A stretch of 64,000 nt of DNA, taken from contig MNCI01000811.1 of NCBI GenBank assembly GCA_015680685.1, forward strand, positions 174,381 to 238,380. Reading direction: 5' to 3'. Positions 23,094 to 36,533 of this stretch are shown here, one piece after another; the first letter of the stretch is position 1, and the number at the start of each line of letters is the position of its first letter. The notes under the pieces were generated by a model, which did not search any database, was not told the DNA's origin, and saw nothing but the letters and a program-made list of their open reading frames with translations. The DNA comes from Gnetum montanum (lineage: Eukaryota > Plantae > Gnetophyta). The translations under genes were made by a program, and so were the position numbers.

Positions 23094-26000
23094 GTACCAC
23101 TTGACGTTCACTGGTTTGATGATTTTGCAAGAGTGCTTCAAAAATGGCTATACAAGATGATCTCTAGATGCCCCTCATCCTAACAAGACCTCATGGTAGG
23201 CTTACAAGACACTTAAGCTTAGAATCAGTAGACTTGGAATCATCTACTCATGACACTGTAGTGTCCTTGGAAACATCCCTAGATTGGCCCGAACATCTAG
23301 TCCATGCCTTAGACCTAGAGGCTGGTGATGTAACCGAGGACCTCCTCATTGAAAACCCTATAACTACATCTAGAGGTGAGGTGAAAAACTTAAACGTTAG
23401 CTTCCTACTAGAGCCATAGGTGCAAAAAAACATCTTGAAAGTCCTTAATGATAATTTCAAATTGTTCATGTGGTCATACAAAGACATGCCGGGCCTAGAT
23501 CCATGACTCATACAACACAATATTATCTTAGACCCACATGTTAAGCCAGTTAAACAAAAAGCTCGCAATGTTAAACTAGAAATTACCTTGGTTGTAAGTG
23601 ATGAAATCACCAAACTCTATTAGGCTGGTTTCATTCGAGTAGTCGACTACTCAGATTGGGTCTCAAATGTACCTAAGAAAATCGGGAGTATAAGAATTTG
23701 TATATACTTCTAGGACTTAAATAGGGCAACAATTAAGGATGACTTCCTGCTGCCTAGTATTAATCAACTTATCGATACTACAACTGGTCACACCTTACTA
23801 TCCTTCATGGATGGCCTTTTGGGCTATAATCAAATTTGCATTAACCCAAAGCACTAATTGGAAACTACCTTTGTGATCCCTTGGGGAACGTTTTGTTATA
23901 CAATTATGCCCTTTGGGCTAAAAATTTTTGGAGCACTATATCAATGAGCAATGATATACATCTTCAGTGATTACCTCTTAAAAAGGTTGAATGACTATGC
24001 TGATGACATAATAGTTAAGTCTAAGGAAGCTATGGATCATCTTAATGATCTAAATGTAGTTCTCCAACATTGTCATAGGCACGACCTGTGCCTTAACCCT
24101 AGGAAATGTGTTTTCAGGGTTAAAACCATATGCATTCTAAGGTTTTTAGTGTTGGAAATAGGGAGAGGAGTGGACCCTGATAAGGTGAGGGTCATTGTCA
24201 ACCTAGGACCACCTACAAATCTTAAAGAGTTGCATAGGTTGCAAGGTAGAGTACAGTTTATCAAAAGGTTTATCGTGAGGCTGACAGACAAACTACACCC
24301 CATGCAACACCTACTCAAGAAGGGGATCAACTTTGACTACACAGATCAATGTCAACAAGCCTTTGATAACCTAAAGAAAGAGCTTTTGCATCTTCCCACT
24401 ATTTACCCTCCACAGAGGGATAAGTCTTTCTACATCTACCTTGCCACCTCAAACACATCCATTGCCGCACTGCTATGTCAGAAGAGAGATGACTGCTCTG
24501 AAATCCTAGTCTACTACTTGAGTCATGCATTGATAGCACATGAAGTGAAGTACAATGAGGTAAAGAAAAACTATCTTGCCTTAGTGTTTTCTCTTAAAAA
24601 GTGGAGGCATTACTTTTTTTTCAATAAAGTTAACATCATATGCAAAAGCAACATACTTTGGGCTATCACAACTAACTTATATGAGAGTAGTAGAATAGCC
24701 CGATGGAAACCCATAATGGTGGAATTCAATTTACATTATGTGGCATAATAATCAATGAAGGGTCAAGCAATAGCCACACAGCTTATGACTTCACCCATTG
24801 ACGATCAACCAGTAATAGAACCTGAGTTCCCAAATTAGCATGTCAATCCCATAAGTCTTGTACCATCTAATTTTGAGGCTAGTTTACATTTCTATGGTGC
24901 CTCAACCACACGAGGTGGTAGCACCACTGCTATTCTTACATTTTCCTTTGGGGAAATTTGACCCTTCACATATCATTTTTCATTCCTTTACATCAACAAT
25001 ATAGCCGAGTACAGCTCAAGAGCTAAAGATCCAACACTTAGCAATTCGGGGCGATTCACAACTCATTATCAACCAGATCACTGAAGTCTATGCCTACAAA
25101 GCTCCACATTTGCAACCTTATTATGATCTATCCAAGAGTCTACTAAAGTAGTTTACAACATTAGACATTCAACATGTGCCTCGTAACAAGAACACTATAG
25201 CGGATGTGTTAGCCATGTTAGCCTTAAATGTGCCATCGCACATGTTTGCTACTCTACCTACCTCGATAGTGACATGCATCGATCCTATTACTCACACTCC
25301 TCACATTGCATCCGTAGGTGCGGCTCACACCCAAGAGTGGTATGACAACATTAAAACATACCTCCAACATGGCAAGCCCCCACACAGCTTAACATCTACT
25401 CAAAAGGACATAATACGAAAGTAAACATGGCAAGATCTCTTCATAGGAGATAACACCTTATGCAAATACTCCTTTGATGGGATACTACTAGCTTGCGTTA
25501 GTGAGGAAGAAGCATAAAATATTTTTAACGAAGTCCATGAGGAATTGTGCATGGGACACATAGCTCCCAGGGCTATGATAGCAAAAATCAGATGCCTAGG
25601 GTACTACTAGACTTGCATAGAATGTGATTGTCTTGCCATGGTTAGAACATGCGATGTATGTCACTGCCATGCGAATATCATACATGTGTCACCAATCGAA
25701 TTACATACCACAAAAATTACATGACCATTCCAATGTTGGGGACTAGATATCATAGGACCCATCACACCTAAGTCTTCTGTAGGACATAGCTTCATTATCA
25801 CCACAACTGAATACTTCACAAAGAGTGTAGAGGCTATTCCATTGAGAAATACCACATCTCAACAAGTTTGTCACTTTATCTTGGATAAAATAGTAACAAG
25901 GTTTGGTCTTCCCATGACTATTGTGACGAACAACAAGCCATCATTTAGTAGCATGGAAACCAAAACCTTTTGTGACAACCTTGGCATCAAACACTCTTTT

Positions 26001-26579
26001 TCATCACCATACTATCCATAGGAAAATGGTAAGGCAGAGGCAACAAACAAAGGCATCATTAACCTTCTAAAAAATATGCTTAGCAGTAGCAAGAGGTGAT
26101 GGCATGAGCAAATCCTCTACGCATTGTGGGCTTACCGTACGACATGTAGAACAGCTACAAGTAAGACTCCTTACAGTCTTGTTTACAGATCTAAAGTGGT
26201 GTTACCTCTTGAATTGCAGGTTCCATCACTTCGGATGATCCTCTCAAATGTTGTGGACAAGACTCAAAACAACGAGGCAAGGATCATTGATCTTGACTCC
26301 ATAGAGGAGGAGTGTGTCCAAATAGTTAGTTGCATCGAATGGTACTAGGATAAACAATAGCAGAAACATCACTGCAACTTACATCAATGGCCAATCAAAA
26401 AGGGGGACCTAGTCTTCAAGGCTGTTCATGAACTTGTAAGCAAATTCTCAACCAACGGGGAAGGCCCTTTCATAGTTACAAAGGTCTATGAGAATGGGGC
26501 ATTCAAACTAGCTGATATGGATGGCAACAAGTACGAAAATCTTGTCAACCACTTGTACCTCAAGCCATACTATGTTTGA
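23094..26579 (+). pseudogene. pol: Degenerate pol of C (RT-RH-aRH-INT)
   Basis: YADD RT, GDSQLIINQI aRH, WGLDIIGP integrase, GPF and YLKPYYV* end. Many stops and frameshifts. Start approximate. Confidence 0.92.
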
Positions 26580-26619
26580 CACAATGGATTACATCAGATA
26601 AAAAGAAAGGTAAGCAAAA

Positions 26620-26865
26620 TGTCTACTACAATGTAAAACTAGCACAGATAGTCTACTATGACTATAAATTGGCACAACATGTCTGCTATGAAGTTAAACT
26701 AGCATAGCACATCCTTGGGCTATGACATAAAACTGGCACCCACAACATCATTCGCTACAACCTTAAACTAGCTATCCACCATTTGCTACAATGTTAAACT
26801 AGCACAATAGTCTACTAGGACCTTAAACTAGCACATCACAGTCTGCTAGGACCTTAAACGAGCAC
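26620..26865 (+). repeat. Post-pol hairpin-TAAACT array (C)
   Basis: About 8 units such as gtctactatgactataaattggca. Confidence 0.8.
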
Positions 26866-28298
26866 ACTCAATAGTATACCAAGAATTTAAATTAGGTTCG
26901 TGGTGCAATGCTCCCCAATGCACACATGACTCTTGTGAACAAGCAAGTGTGCACACTTTCAAACTTTCTAGATAACATTTGGTGGGATATTGTAGTTCTA
27001 GGATGCAATTCATGTCATCAAGGAAAAACCCTCTGGAACACATGGAGCATCACCACCTTGGCATCTTGTTGACCTTCCGAAGCTACCGCTACTACAGCCA
27101 ATCATCCTGGTAGTAGCTCTTGTCTTCAGCACTTGCTACTAGAGTCCTAGCACTATTGTAGCCTAGCCATAATTTTTCCATCCTCTAGCCCTCACCATTG
27201 TCTAAGTCCAAGAGGTGTTCAACTATTAGGCTTCTCACCTTGCAGCTAGATTACATGATGTTTTCCTTGGTTATGGAATCCTGAGCACTTGCATCACCAC
27301 CGCTCCTAGCTTCTTCAATCCTAACCTTTTCAGCTTGCTGCTGCCAAAACTAGTGGTGGCCTTCCTACTTTTGACATCATGCACATCAGACACAACACTC
27401 ACCACTCTAGTAATGTCCAGATCAAGCAGGGCTTTGCCCTCACTTCACATCATGATTGCTTTTTTTTTTGGTTTTCTCTCTGTTGTGTTTGCAAGATAAA
27501 ATCCAAGATGGCATTGTTCAGGGATGTGTTTCACCACAGGAGCAAGGCACTACATTGCTCCAAAGCATCTGCTTCAATTAGCCTAGCTATTTAAAAGTGC
27601 ATACACTACTCTTCCTTTCAACCAACTTAATCCTCATTCCCTATACTTGTAGTTTCTCAAATCTCCTTTACAAGTTTTCCCAATGTACAAATCCCTTTCA
27701 CATGCCCAACCGCCAAGTTCATGGTGGATGTAACACAACTTGTCCCATGAGAAGCCTCTACAGGTAGGTCAAAGCCCCACATGGATGTAACATAGCTCAT
27801 CTCGAGGAGGAAACACCTACCCTATAGCAACAAAAAGGTTACCTTCATGCGAACATGGGTGTGTAATGAAAAGAAAAAAAGAGCAAAAAGCTCAAAAAAA
27901 GAGACAAGTGCCTAAAATAAATGGCATAGCAACTGCTTTACAATCACTTTGGCCATGAATCGACCATCTCTAAGCACTCTAGTGAGAGGTCAAAGGCCAA
28001 CAAAGAAAGACACCCATGCATGTTGACTCCTCATAAGCACTCCAACGAGGGATCATGCTATAGCAATAGTTTTTCAAAGCATCACATTTTACATTCATTT
28101 CTTCCCCAAACCTATTTCCTCAAATCCATCCCTTGCCCCCTTACCTTACAATCACTCTCCCAGTACTTTCAAACATAGTGAAGCATGGTCCAAGTAGGCA
28201 CTGAAGAGCAGTGTTGCTATCTTGTTCTTCATGGTGTTTCATATTCTTTGTTGACATCTCTCAGGAAAATCCTCTAGACATCAACAAAGAGGGGCCAT

Positions 28299-30602
28299 TG
28301 AAACACCATAAATCTTAGGACTCTCATAATTTAGCCAAGTCTTAAAATTTTGGCAAGGATCTCTACAAGCATGGTGTCATGTTGGACTGTGCAGACAATA
28401 TGGCACCCTAGAATTCCTAATGCTTACAAAATTTCTTTCAATCCTACTTGCCACCCTCTATAGCATAATCAATGTAGAACCTAGCCACAAGGCCAGTTTG
28501 CATAAAAGAGGCACCAGGGGTAGACCGTACAATCCAGCAAATTTTCTATCACCGGGGCTGATAGGCTTGCTACACCTTCTAGCTTGCCCAGCTTGACGCC
28601 TAACCTAGCTAACGGTCTACCTAGGGACCATGCTAGGAGTTGTTGAAAGTGTTCAGGATGAGTGAAATAGCTCAGCAAGTTTTCTAACTTCGAGACCCAC
28701 TATGCTACGCTATGCTGCACAGTGTAGCAGGCCTCAAGGAGACTAAACAAGCACCAAAGATGCAGTTGCGAATAACTCGGCCCCTGGGGTACCTACCCCA
28801 TTTAATCCCTAAAGCATGAGCAACGTGATGCAGCAAAAATGTGGTAAATTTCATCAATAATCCTCTTCATTTGATCACTACGTTGTGCTACGCTACACAA
28901 TGTAGCACAACGTAGTGGGGTTTTGCTATGGCAATGCTTCTAGAGAGACTGATTTTGGTGAAGTGAACATATTTTCCCCTACCTTAACCATCAAGCATGC
29001 TTATTTTTCCATCACACTAGGACATGATCATCATCTTGTGACAAAATGTTTGCAAAATGAGTTAGAATCGAAGTAACATAGGGTGCTAAGCTATGCTACG
29101 CTACACAGTGTAGCATAGTGTAATAGGGAAAAAATGCACAAAGGTCCTTTGCCAAGTGGTTCCAGCAAGAGAATTGCACTCGGCCACACTCCAGCCTCCA
29201 AGACTACCTATCCTACTTTGCCCTTGAGCCCTAAGTAAATTTTCTTGATAAAGCATTGCAGATCAGATAGCAATTCATGTCACACTCACTGCTATGTTGT
29301 GCTACAGCACAGCGTAGAAAGGACACAAAGCCTAAAACTATCCCAAGGATAGACTTCATAGGTCCCAAGACCTTTCAACTTGGAAAGTAGGATTGCTAAT
29401 TATTGTAGTTGCTTTCCCAGCAAGATATTTTCATCTTTCAAGCATAAACAATTTCTCTCAAGACAAGCGGCTACACTACGCTATGCTCTGCAGCGTAGTG
29501 TAGCATAGCATGTGGGTGTCTACCCTACACAAATATTCTAGGCAACGTAAACAGCGTAACACTCGCATGGAAGCATCAAGACATCTCTAGTTAGCTCTAG
29601 AACTTGTTGGCAATGGTCACTCCCTTCTTGACATTTCTTCAACAGACAAGGATCAGCAAGTTTGCTTTGTTTTGCACCCCCCTTATTACTCCTAAAGTTG
29701 TCCCTACACTTGACCTCGCTCACAAGAGTAGGGAAGACGTAGTCCTGGAGCACAAGCTTCACTTTGCATTCATTGTTAGTATTCTTTGTAACAGACATGG
29801 TAGTTCCCTAGATTTTAGCACATGCAGTTCAAGTAGTATGATCATAACGTAGCAGGTTTCACATCCAGCATTACATAGCACCATAGCATAGTCATGTTTG
29901 CACTCTGTGGAACCTAGGACACATGGCGTCCAAACCACATCTTTCTCCTACTCCTAACTCTATAAATATTCCAACGAAGAGTGTTCAAAGGGTTGGCTTT
30001 TAAGGTTGTCTTCTAGCATTTTTTGGCTTTTGGACTAGGCTTTCTTGTGACTGGCATTTTGACATTTGGCTCTCTGGTGATGGGCTTGGGCAAAGAGATT
30101 GGCAAGTGGATAGTTAACAAGCAGCAAACCCCAACAATAGCATCTCCCGATCTCTTCTAGCCTAGCAAGTAGCAGCTCATCAGTCCCTGTTAGTAGGTTG
30201 CTGGTAGCAGTCCAAGACCTGTGACCATATTTTTCTGTTGTAAGTTGTGCCTATTCACACTGCACATCAGTTGTACACCTTCAGCCAAACAAAGATCAAA
30301 TCCCTTGATCTTGGGATAGTGCACTCTCTCACTTAAGCCTATTTCATTTTGTTTTGCTATTACCATATTTTCTATCATTTCTTATTAGTTTACATTTATT
30401 GCTTAAATTACACATAACATCTTTAAAAAAATTGTTTACAAAAGGTTATTGTACACCAGTTAAGTCACTGTTTGATCAACTAGACCATTTAGGACACCCC
30501 GTTTCCATTTTTCTCCAGCATAGCCCTCGTGCAGATCCAAGGTTAAGTTGTATACCCAGTAACCTCTTGGTTTTCCAGCCACCAACATTTTTGGTCTCTA
30601 CA
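28299..30602 (+). repeat. 3' LTR of C
   Basis: PPT AAAGAGGGGCCAT then TGAAACACC...TCTCTACA. TATAAAT at 29961. CTACGCT motif clusters. Confidence 0.88.
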
Positions 30603-31576
30603 AGTCGTCCACTCATAGTGAACTCCTTTCTTAAGCAAGTGGTGCATGGGCTATAACTTATCTGTAAGCCTAGCAATGAATCTACAAATAAACTATAGTC
30701 TCTCTTGTAATCCTCAAAGCTCTTCAATGTTGATAGGTGCTACCAATTTGGATATGGCCTTAACCTTATCAAGATCTACATGTATCCCTACCTTAGAGAC
30801 TACAAAGCCAAGCATCTTATCGGTCTTGACACCAAAGACACAATTCTTAGGATTAAGCCTAAGCTTATATTTGAGGCATCACTTAAGCACCAAATCTAGG
30901 TCATTAGCTATTTTAGCATTCATGGCTATGTCATCTACATAATCATTAAGCAAACCTAAAGCATAATCACTAAAGATATAGGTCATGGCTCTCTGGTATG
31001 TCACCATAGTGTTCTGAAGGCCAAAGGGCATCATGGTATAACAAAAAGTACCCCATGCAATCATAAAGGTTATGCTAAGTTGGTGTTCTAAGTTGATCCT
31101 AATTTTGTTATATCCCAAGAATCTATCCATAAAGGACAACAAGCCATGTTTGGATGTAGTATCGATAAGTTGATCAATACTAGGCAAAGGAAATTCATCC
31201 TTGATGGTGGCTTTATTTAAGTCTCAAAAATCAATGCAAAATACAAATACTCCCACTTTTCTTAGGGGCTACCACTATGTTGGATACCCATTTTGCATAA
31301 TCTATAGCCCTAATGAAACCTACTTGGTAGAGCTTTGAGATTTCATCACGAACTACCAAGGCCAAATCAAGTCTAACCTTGTGCACTTTTTGCTTAACTA
31401 GTCTAACGCTAGGATCTAGTATGATGTTGTGTTGGACTAGGTGTGGGTCTAAGCCTGGCATATCTTCATATGACTAGGCAAATTTCTTAATGTTATTTTT
31501 TAAGACTTTAGTGATGTCTTGGGCACATTGAGGCTTTAGTGTGGAACTTAATTTAAGGGTTTTCTCCTCACCACTA
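30603..31576 (-). pseudogene. pol: RT fragment of D
   Basis: MPGLDPHLVQHNIILDP...YVDD...KGVHYEWTT, cut by the C LTR at 30602. Confidence 0.9.
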
Positions 31577-31648
31577 TGTACAATGCACTCTTGGATCATG
31601 AGGTGACTTTTCTACCAATTAATTTAAGGGTTTTCTCCTCACCACTAG

Positions 31649-32290
31649 TGCCCCAGTACAATGCACTCTTGGATCATGAGGTGACTTTTCTACTAATTGA
31701 GCTACAAGTTGGTTTTAACACACCATTTTAGCACTTTCTTAAGGTAGTCTAGGACTTGCTTAAATGTAGCTCCATAGGTGGAGAAGTCATCCATGAATAC
31801 TTCTACACCACCATTGATCTACTATTGAAAAAATGCTCAAGACTAGGCATTCAAATGTGGTAGGAGCATTGCATAAACCAAATGGCATCCTGCAATATGT
31901 AAAAGTCCCCTAGGGACTTGTGAATGTTTTCTTTGCCTAGTCTTCTAATGTAATTTGAATTTAGTTATAGCCACTATAACCATCTAGAAAAATATAGTAA
32001 TAATGCCTAGATATTGTGTTGAGAAACTAGTCAACAAAGGGTAACAAAAAGTGATCATTGAATGTTACCACATTTAGTAGCTTGAAATCGATGCAAACCT
32101 GCCACTTGCTACCTTTCTTTAGTACAATTACAAGTGGGCTAATCCACTCACTATTTGCAATGAGATAGATGAACCTTGGCTTGAGGAGTTGCTTAATTTC
32201 CTCCTTGACAATTTTCCTTAATTTGGGATTCAATTGCCTTTGTGGTTGTTGTTTTGGCCTCATGGCTAGTGTGACATCCAAAAACATCAA
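31649..32290 (-). pseudogene. RT fragment from a different, Athila-like gypsy lineage
   Basis: QPQRQLNPKLRKIVKEEI...SEWISPLVIV...DHFLLPFVD...FMDDFS...KSHLMIQECIVLGH, resembling Athila EKCHFMVxEGIVLGH. Confidence 0.78.
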
Positions 32291-32479
32291 TGGCTAGAAC
32301 ATTGAGAGGTCCACAAGCATACAACCTAACCCCAAATATGTGTGAGTGTCATGTTGGAAAACTAAAATGAGGTGCCTTGAATGGTCTTGTTGATTAGACA
32401 AGGACTTACATGGTGTTAAAACAATGCACTCTTAGAGCATGAGGTGACTTTTCTACCAAAAAGTCACTCTTGCATTGTN

Positions 32480-32714
32480 TCTTTAGTGGAGGTTCCTATG
32501 ACTAGTGCCCCAGTACAATGCAAGAGTGACTTTTTGGTAGAAAAGTCACCTCATGATCTAAGAGTGCATTGTTTTAACACCATGTAAGTCCTTGTCTAAT
32601 CAACAAGACCATTCAAGGCACCTCATTTTAGTTTTCCAACATGACACTCGCACATATTTGGGGTTAGGTTGTATGCTTGTGGACCTCTCAATGTTCTAGC
32701 CATTGATGTTTTTG
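32480..32714. other. Probably mis-oriented small contig (inverted copy of about 32280-32478)
   Basis: Bounded by single n at 32479 and 32715. Begins with D pol codons LVEVPMTS on the wrong strand. Confidence 0.7.
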
Positions 32715-33349
32715 NTCATATCAACCAAAAGAATATTAAGTAACATGTGGATAAAAGTGAATAAATAATGTTAATATGCCATAAAACATATGCAAATCTA
32801 ATGCAGTCAAGGCCATCCCAGGTCATTAATGAGATGAGGTCAATTCAAAGAAGTACAATAGAGGTGAACAAAGGTTACATAAAGTTCAAACAAGGGAAAA
32901 TATAAGAAGTAAGGCTACAAATGATCAATAAAGGTCATAATTTTGCCAGTGTAAGGCCTTAGCAGGCCATGATGCCAATTTAAGGCCCTAGCAGGCCATG
33001 GTCATATGGTGTCAAATAGTGATCAAGGAAAATCAAACCCCACTATTTGATACCATTTAAAGGCCGAACAAAGGCAAATAGAGCTATAATAAGACAAAAA
33101 AAGAACATATAGAGCTATATAGAGGCCATAGAAGGTCAACCATGTCCATAAGGCAACATAAGTCTAAAAAATAACCCAAAACATTACATAATAAGTTTAA
33201 AATAAAGTAAAATAGTCAAATTTGGTTAATATAGGTAAAAAATGGCTAATTTTTTCTAGTTTTAGACCTTATTGGTCCATATTTTGAGGCTACAAGGCTA
33301 TTGGGTGAGTTTAGACATCAATCAGGGTTGTTTCTAGACTGTCTAGACC

Positions 33350-36095
33350 TAAAAATCAAGTGCTTTGAGGCTTTCATGCTGGGCTCAATGTGGAAACAAG
33401 GACCCTTAGTGTGGAGACCAAGGAAAATATGTCTTTGAATTTTAGAGGTCCAAAATTGAGGTCCCGAGACCTTCCCAAGGTAGCATAGGGTCAGATCCAT
33501 CAAAATTCAATTCCCCAACAATCTATAAAGGCCAAAAAGTAGGTTCTGAAGCCTTCTACCCTTGTTTCCATGCTGGCCAAAGCTACTCTAGCATGAAAGA
33601 ATGGGGGAAATGGATTTTGGAGGTTGGGAAAAAGCTAAACAAGTAAAATATTAAGGCTGTGAGGTCATGGGCTTATCTAATGAAGATCTTTGATTTTCAA
33701 AAGTGTCATTTTATCCCAAAAGTGAAAAAGAAACTTTCCCCCCTTGTTTCCATGCTAGGAAGGTTACTCCAACATGGAGGAAGCAAGAATCCTAGATCTA
33801 GCCCAATTTAGGTTACAAATGACTGTGCATGTTGCCTCCTAGGATTGTGAAGGTTAAGAGCTATGGATCCATGTTAAAAATTGATAATTTTGAGTATCCC
33901 TAAGTGCTTTTTTTGGCTTACTCCTTTTATTCCACATTGAATATAGAAATCTTAGAATGGAAAACAAGTGGGACTAAATTTTTAACCAATTTTGACCTCA
34001 ATCAACTTTGCATGTCAACCTTCAAGGCTACCAGACTGGGGTTTGGTATCAAGTTTTGGTGATTTGGAGTATCCCTAAGTGGTTTTATAGCCTCCCCATT
34101 TCTTTCATGTTGGTAATAGAAATATCAGCATGGGAAACAAGTGAGAGTGGATTTTTGACCAATTTTGACCTCAATCAACTTTGCATGTTAACCTTCGGGT
34201 CTACCGAGGGTCGAGGACTACGGTTTGTTACTAAAACTGGTAATCTTAGAGGTTTTTTAAGTGGTTTTTAAACTTCTCCACTCTTTCCATGCTAGGAGAT
34301 TCCATGTTCAACATGGAAAAATGGGGGAAAATATTTGTGATGCTTTATTATCACTTTCAGTCATGCATGCAGGTTCCTAAGTTTGTTGGCAATGATGATG
34401 AATGTTTGCTATCAAAATCTGGCTGTCTTGAATATTAATGAGTGGTTTTTGGGCTTCCATCCCTTTCCAAATTGGAGTTTTCATGCTCAACATGGAAAAA
34501 TTGAAAAAAATATTTTTTGTGATTTTTGGTTGATTTTGACCATGAATGCAAATTTTTGAGGTTGATAGTGATGACTGCTGCTACTTGATGTTAAAATTTC
34601 ATTGTTTCAAGTTTGATAGAAAATTTTTTGAACTTCCCCCCATTTTTCCACACTTGGGCTTCCATGATCAATGTGTAAAAATAGGGGGAAATCTTTTTAA
34701 TCATTTTTTATCATTTTCAGGTGTGCATGTAAGCTTCCTAAGTTGTCGATATCAATTGCTAACATCTAATGTTAAAATTTGGTTATCTTAAAGTTCATAA
34801 GGTAATTTGTGGGCTTCCCCCCTTCCACACTAGGACTTCTATTTTTAATGTGGAAAATTAGGGGAAATGCTTTTTGGTTACTTTTGGCCACTCTTAGACA
34901 TGCATGCAGGCTTTCCAAGTTGTTGGTGATGATGACTACTACTCAATGTCAAATTTTGGTTATTTCAACATTGATAAAGCATTTTTTTTACTCCCTCCCC
35001 CCATTTTTTCTACACTAGGGCTTTCATACTCACCATGAAAAATTAGGAGGGAAAGCTTTTTGATCACTTTTGATCACACATGCAAGCCCCTAATGTTATC
35101 GGTGTCGCCTACTGTCATCTGACACTAAAATTTGACTATTTTAAGGGTCATAGGTAATTTTTTGGACTTCCTCCCCTTTCTCCATGCTTAGTGTGCAAAA
35201 CTAGGGAAAAATATTTTTTGGTCATTTTTTATCAATTTGGGCATGCATGAGTGCTCACAAGGTTACTGGCTTTGGTCATCAGTGCCTAAGGTCAAGATTT
35301 AGTTGTTTTGGAGGTTGCAAGGGGGTTTTCAGGATTTCCCCCATTTTTCCAAACTAGGGGTGGAAGGATCAATGTGGAATAAATCCCCTAAATTAAGAAA
35401 CTTAGATCGAGGCTAGATCTGCAAGTAATTGACCATGCATGTTGACCTCCAAGGTTTTTGGTGTCGATGGTCAATGTTAGGTGTCAAGATTTGATAGTTT
35501 GGAGGCTTCTAAGTACCTCATGAAACTTTCCCCCTTTCTTCCACATTGGGAATGGAAGCCCCAACATGGGATAAAATGGATGGTAGATATGTACTATTTT
35601 TGACCCATTTTGGGGCTTTAGGAAGCTCCAAAGGGTTCCAGCATGGTCTAGGGGTCATCGTGCCTCAAAAAAATGGTCATTAAGTCATCAACTTAGGTCA
35701 TTTTTGGCTTCCACTCATCTATCCACACTAAAGGTGAAAGGCTTAGCATGGAAGAAGTCCCCCAAGCCTAGAAAACACCAAATCCTAGGTTTGGTAAGAT
35801 TCTGACGCTAATAGAGATACTTGGAGGGGTTCTAGGACATGTGGGGCCTCTTTGGAGTTAAATGTATGCTAGATGGGTTTTGGGAGGCAAGACTAATTAC
35901 TAGCCCCCTTCTTCAATATTGGGAATTTTTGCCCCAGTGTGGAAGTCCATGGTGGTTACCCATGCTCATATTTTACCTAAATTGAAAAAGGTAAGTTTAG
36001 GTTGCTAAAAATAGAAAGATATTTGTAAGTATAAAAAATTTGTAAAATGATAAACATGTGTCCACACTGGGTATCTTATTCCTAGCATGGATGCA
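33350..36095. repeat. About 180-bp degenerate tandem array in D spacer; each unit has an inverted TTCCACGCT...AGCGTGGAA pair (CpG-decayed)
   Basis: Pairs at about 33567, 33748, 33931, 34103, 34285, 34465, 34645, 34823, 35008, 35181, 35347, 35539, 35721, 35912 and 36061. Confidence 0.8.
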
Positions 36096-36533
36096 TGGTA
36101 AGGTTAACATAATGTCTTAAGTGTTGAAATTAGGAACAATCTCAGCATTGAAGTAAGTTTTATCAAAAGGTAAGGTGTAGTGTGAGGCCCATAATTCAAA
36201 AATTAAAAATTTTTGAAAGTAAAATTGTTTCCCCCATAAAACCAATGTGAACTAAATTTTTCCATCTTTTTCTTCAATGCACATGTAGTCATGGTGCACT
36301 AAATTAGCAACTGGGATTCTTTTAGGTTTAGGTGTGTTTTATAAGTCAAAATTTGCAAAATTTTAATCATAATTGTCATTCTTTAGAAACAACGCATTGA
36401 AGGACAGCTTTGGCAGAGATTCTTATGGTAGCCACAACCAATCTTTACCATGGAAGCCTCCCATCTCCCCTAGAGCTAGCGTAGAACTCTCATCTTTTTC
36501 AAATTTTTCCCTTTTCTCTATGTTGAGACTGCC

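Larger units (their letters stand above)
3106..30602 (+). mobile_element. Element C: Tat/Ogre-like element (spacer, pol, 3' LTR), interrupted by A; 5' part outside the window
   Basis: Antisense gene 3106-5296, pol 23094-26579, PPT about 28286-28298, LTR 28299-30602. The LTR end interrupts D's RT. Confidence 0.85.

Noticed and set aside
31649-32530. TIR/CACTA or Helitron-like element (GCCCCAGTACAATGCA inverted ends, CACTAGT)
   Set aside because: The apparent TIR is coding sequence of the Athila-like RT (ECIVLGH), and no clean TSD or transposase is present.
32280-32714. About 200-bp inverted repeat as a hairpin RNA or miRNA precursor
   Set aside because: The second arm is bounded by single n characters and carries inverted D pol sequence, so it is most likely a mis-oriented contig.
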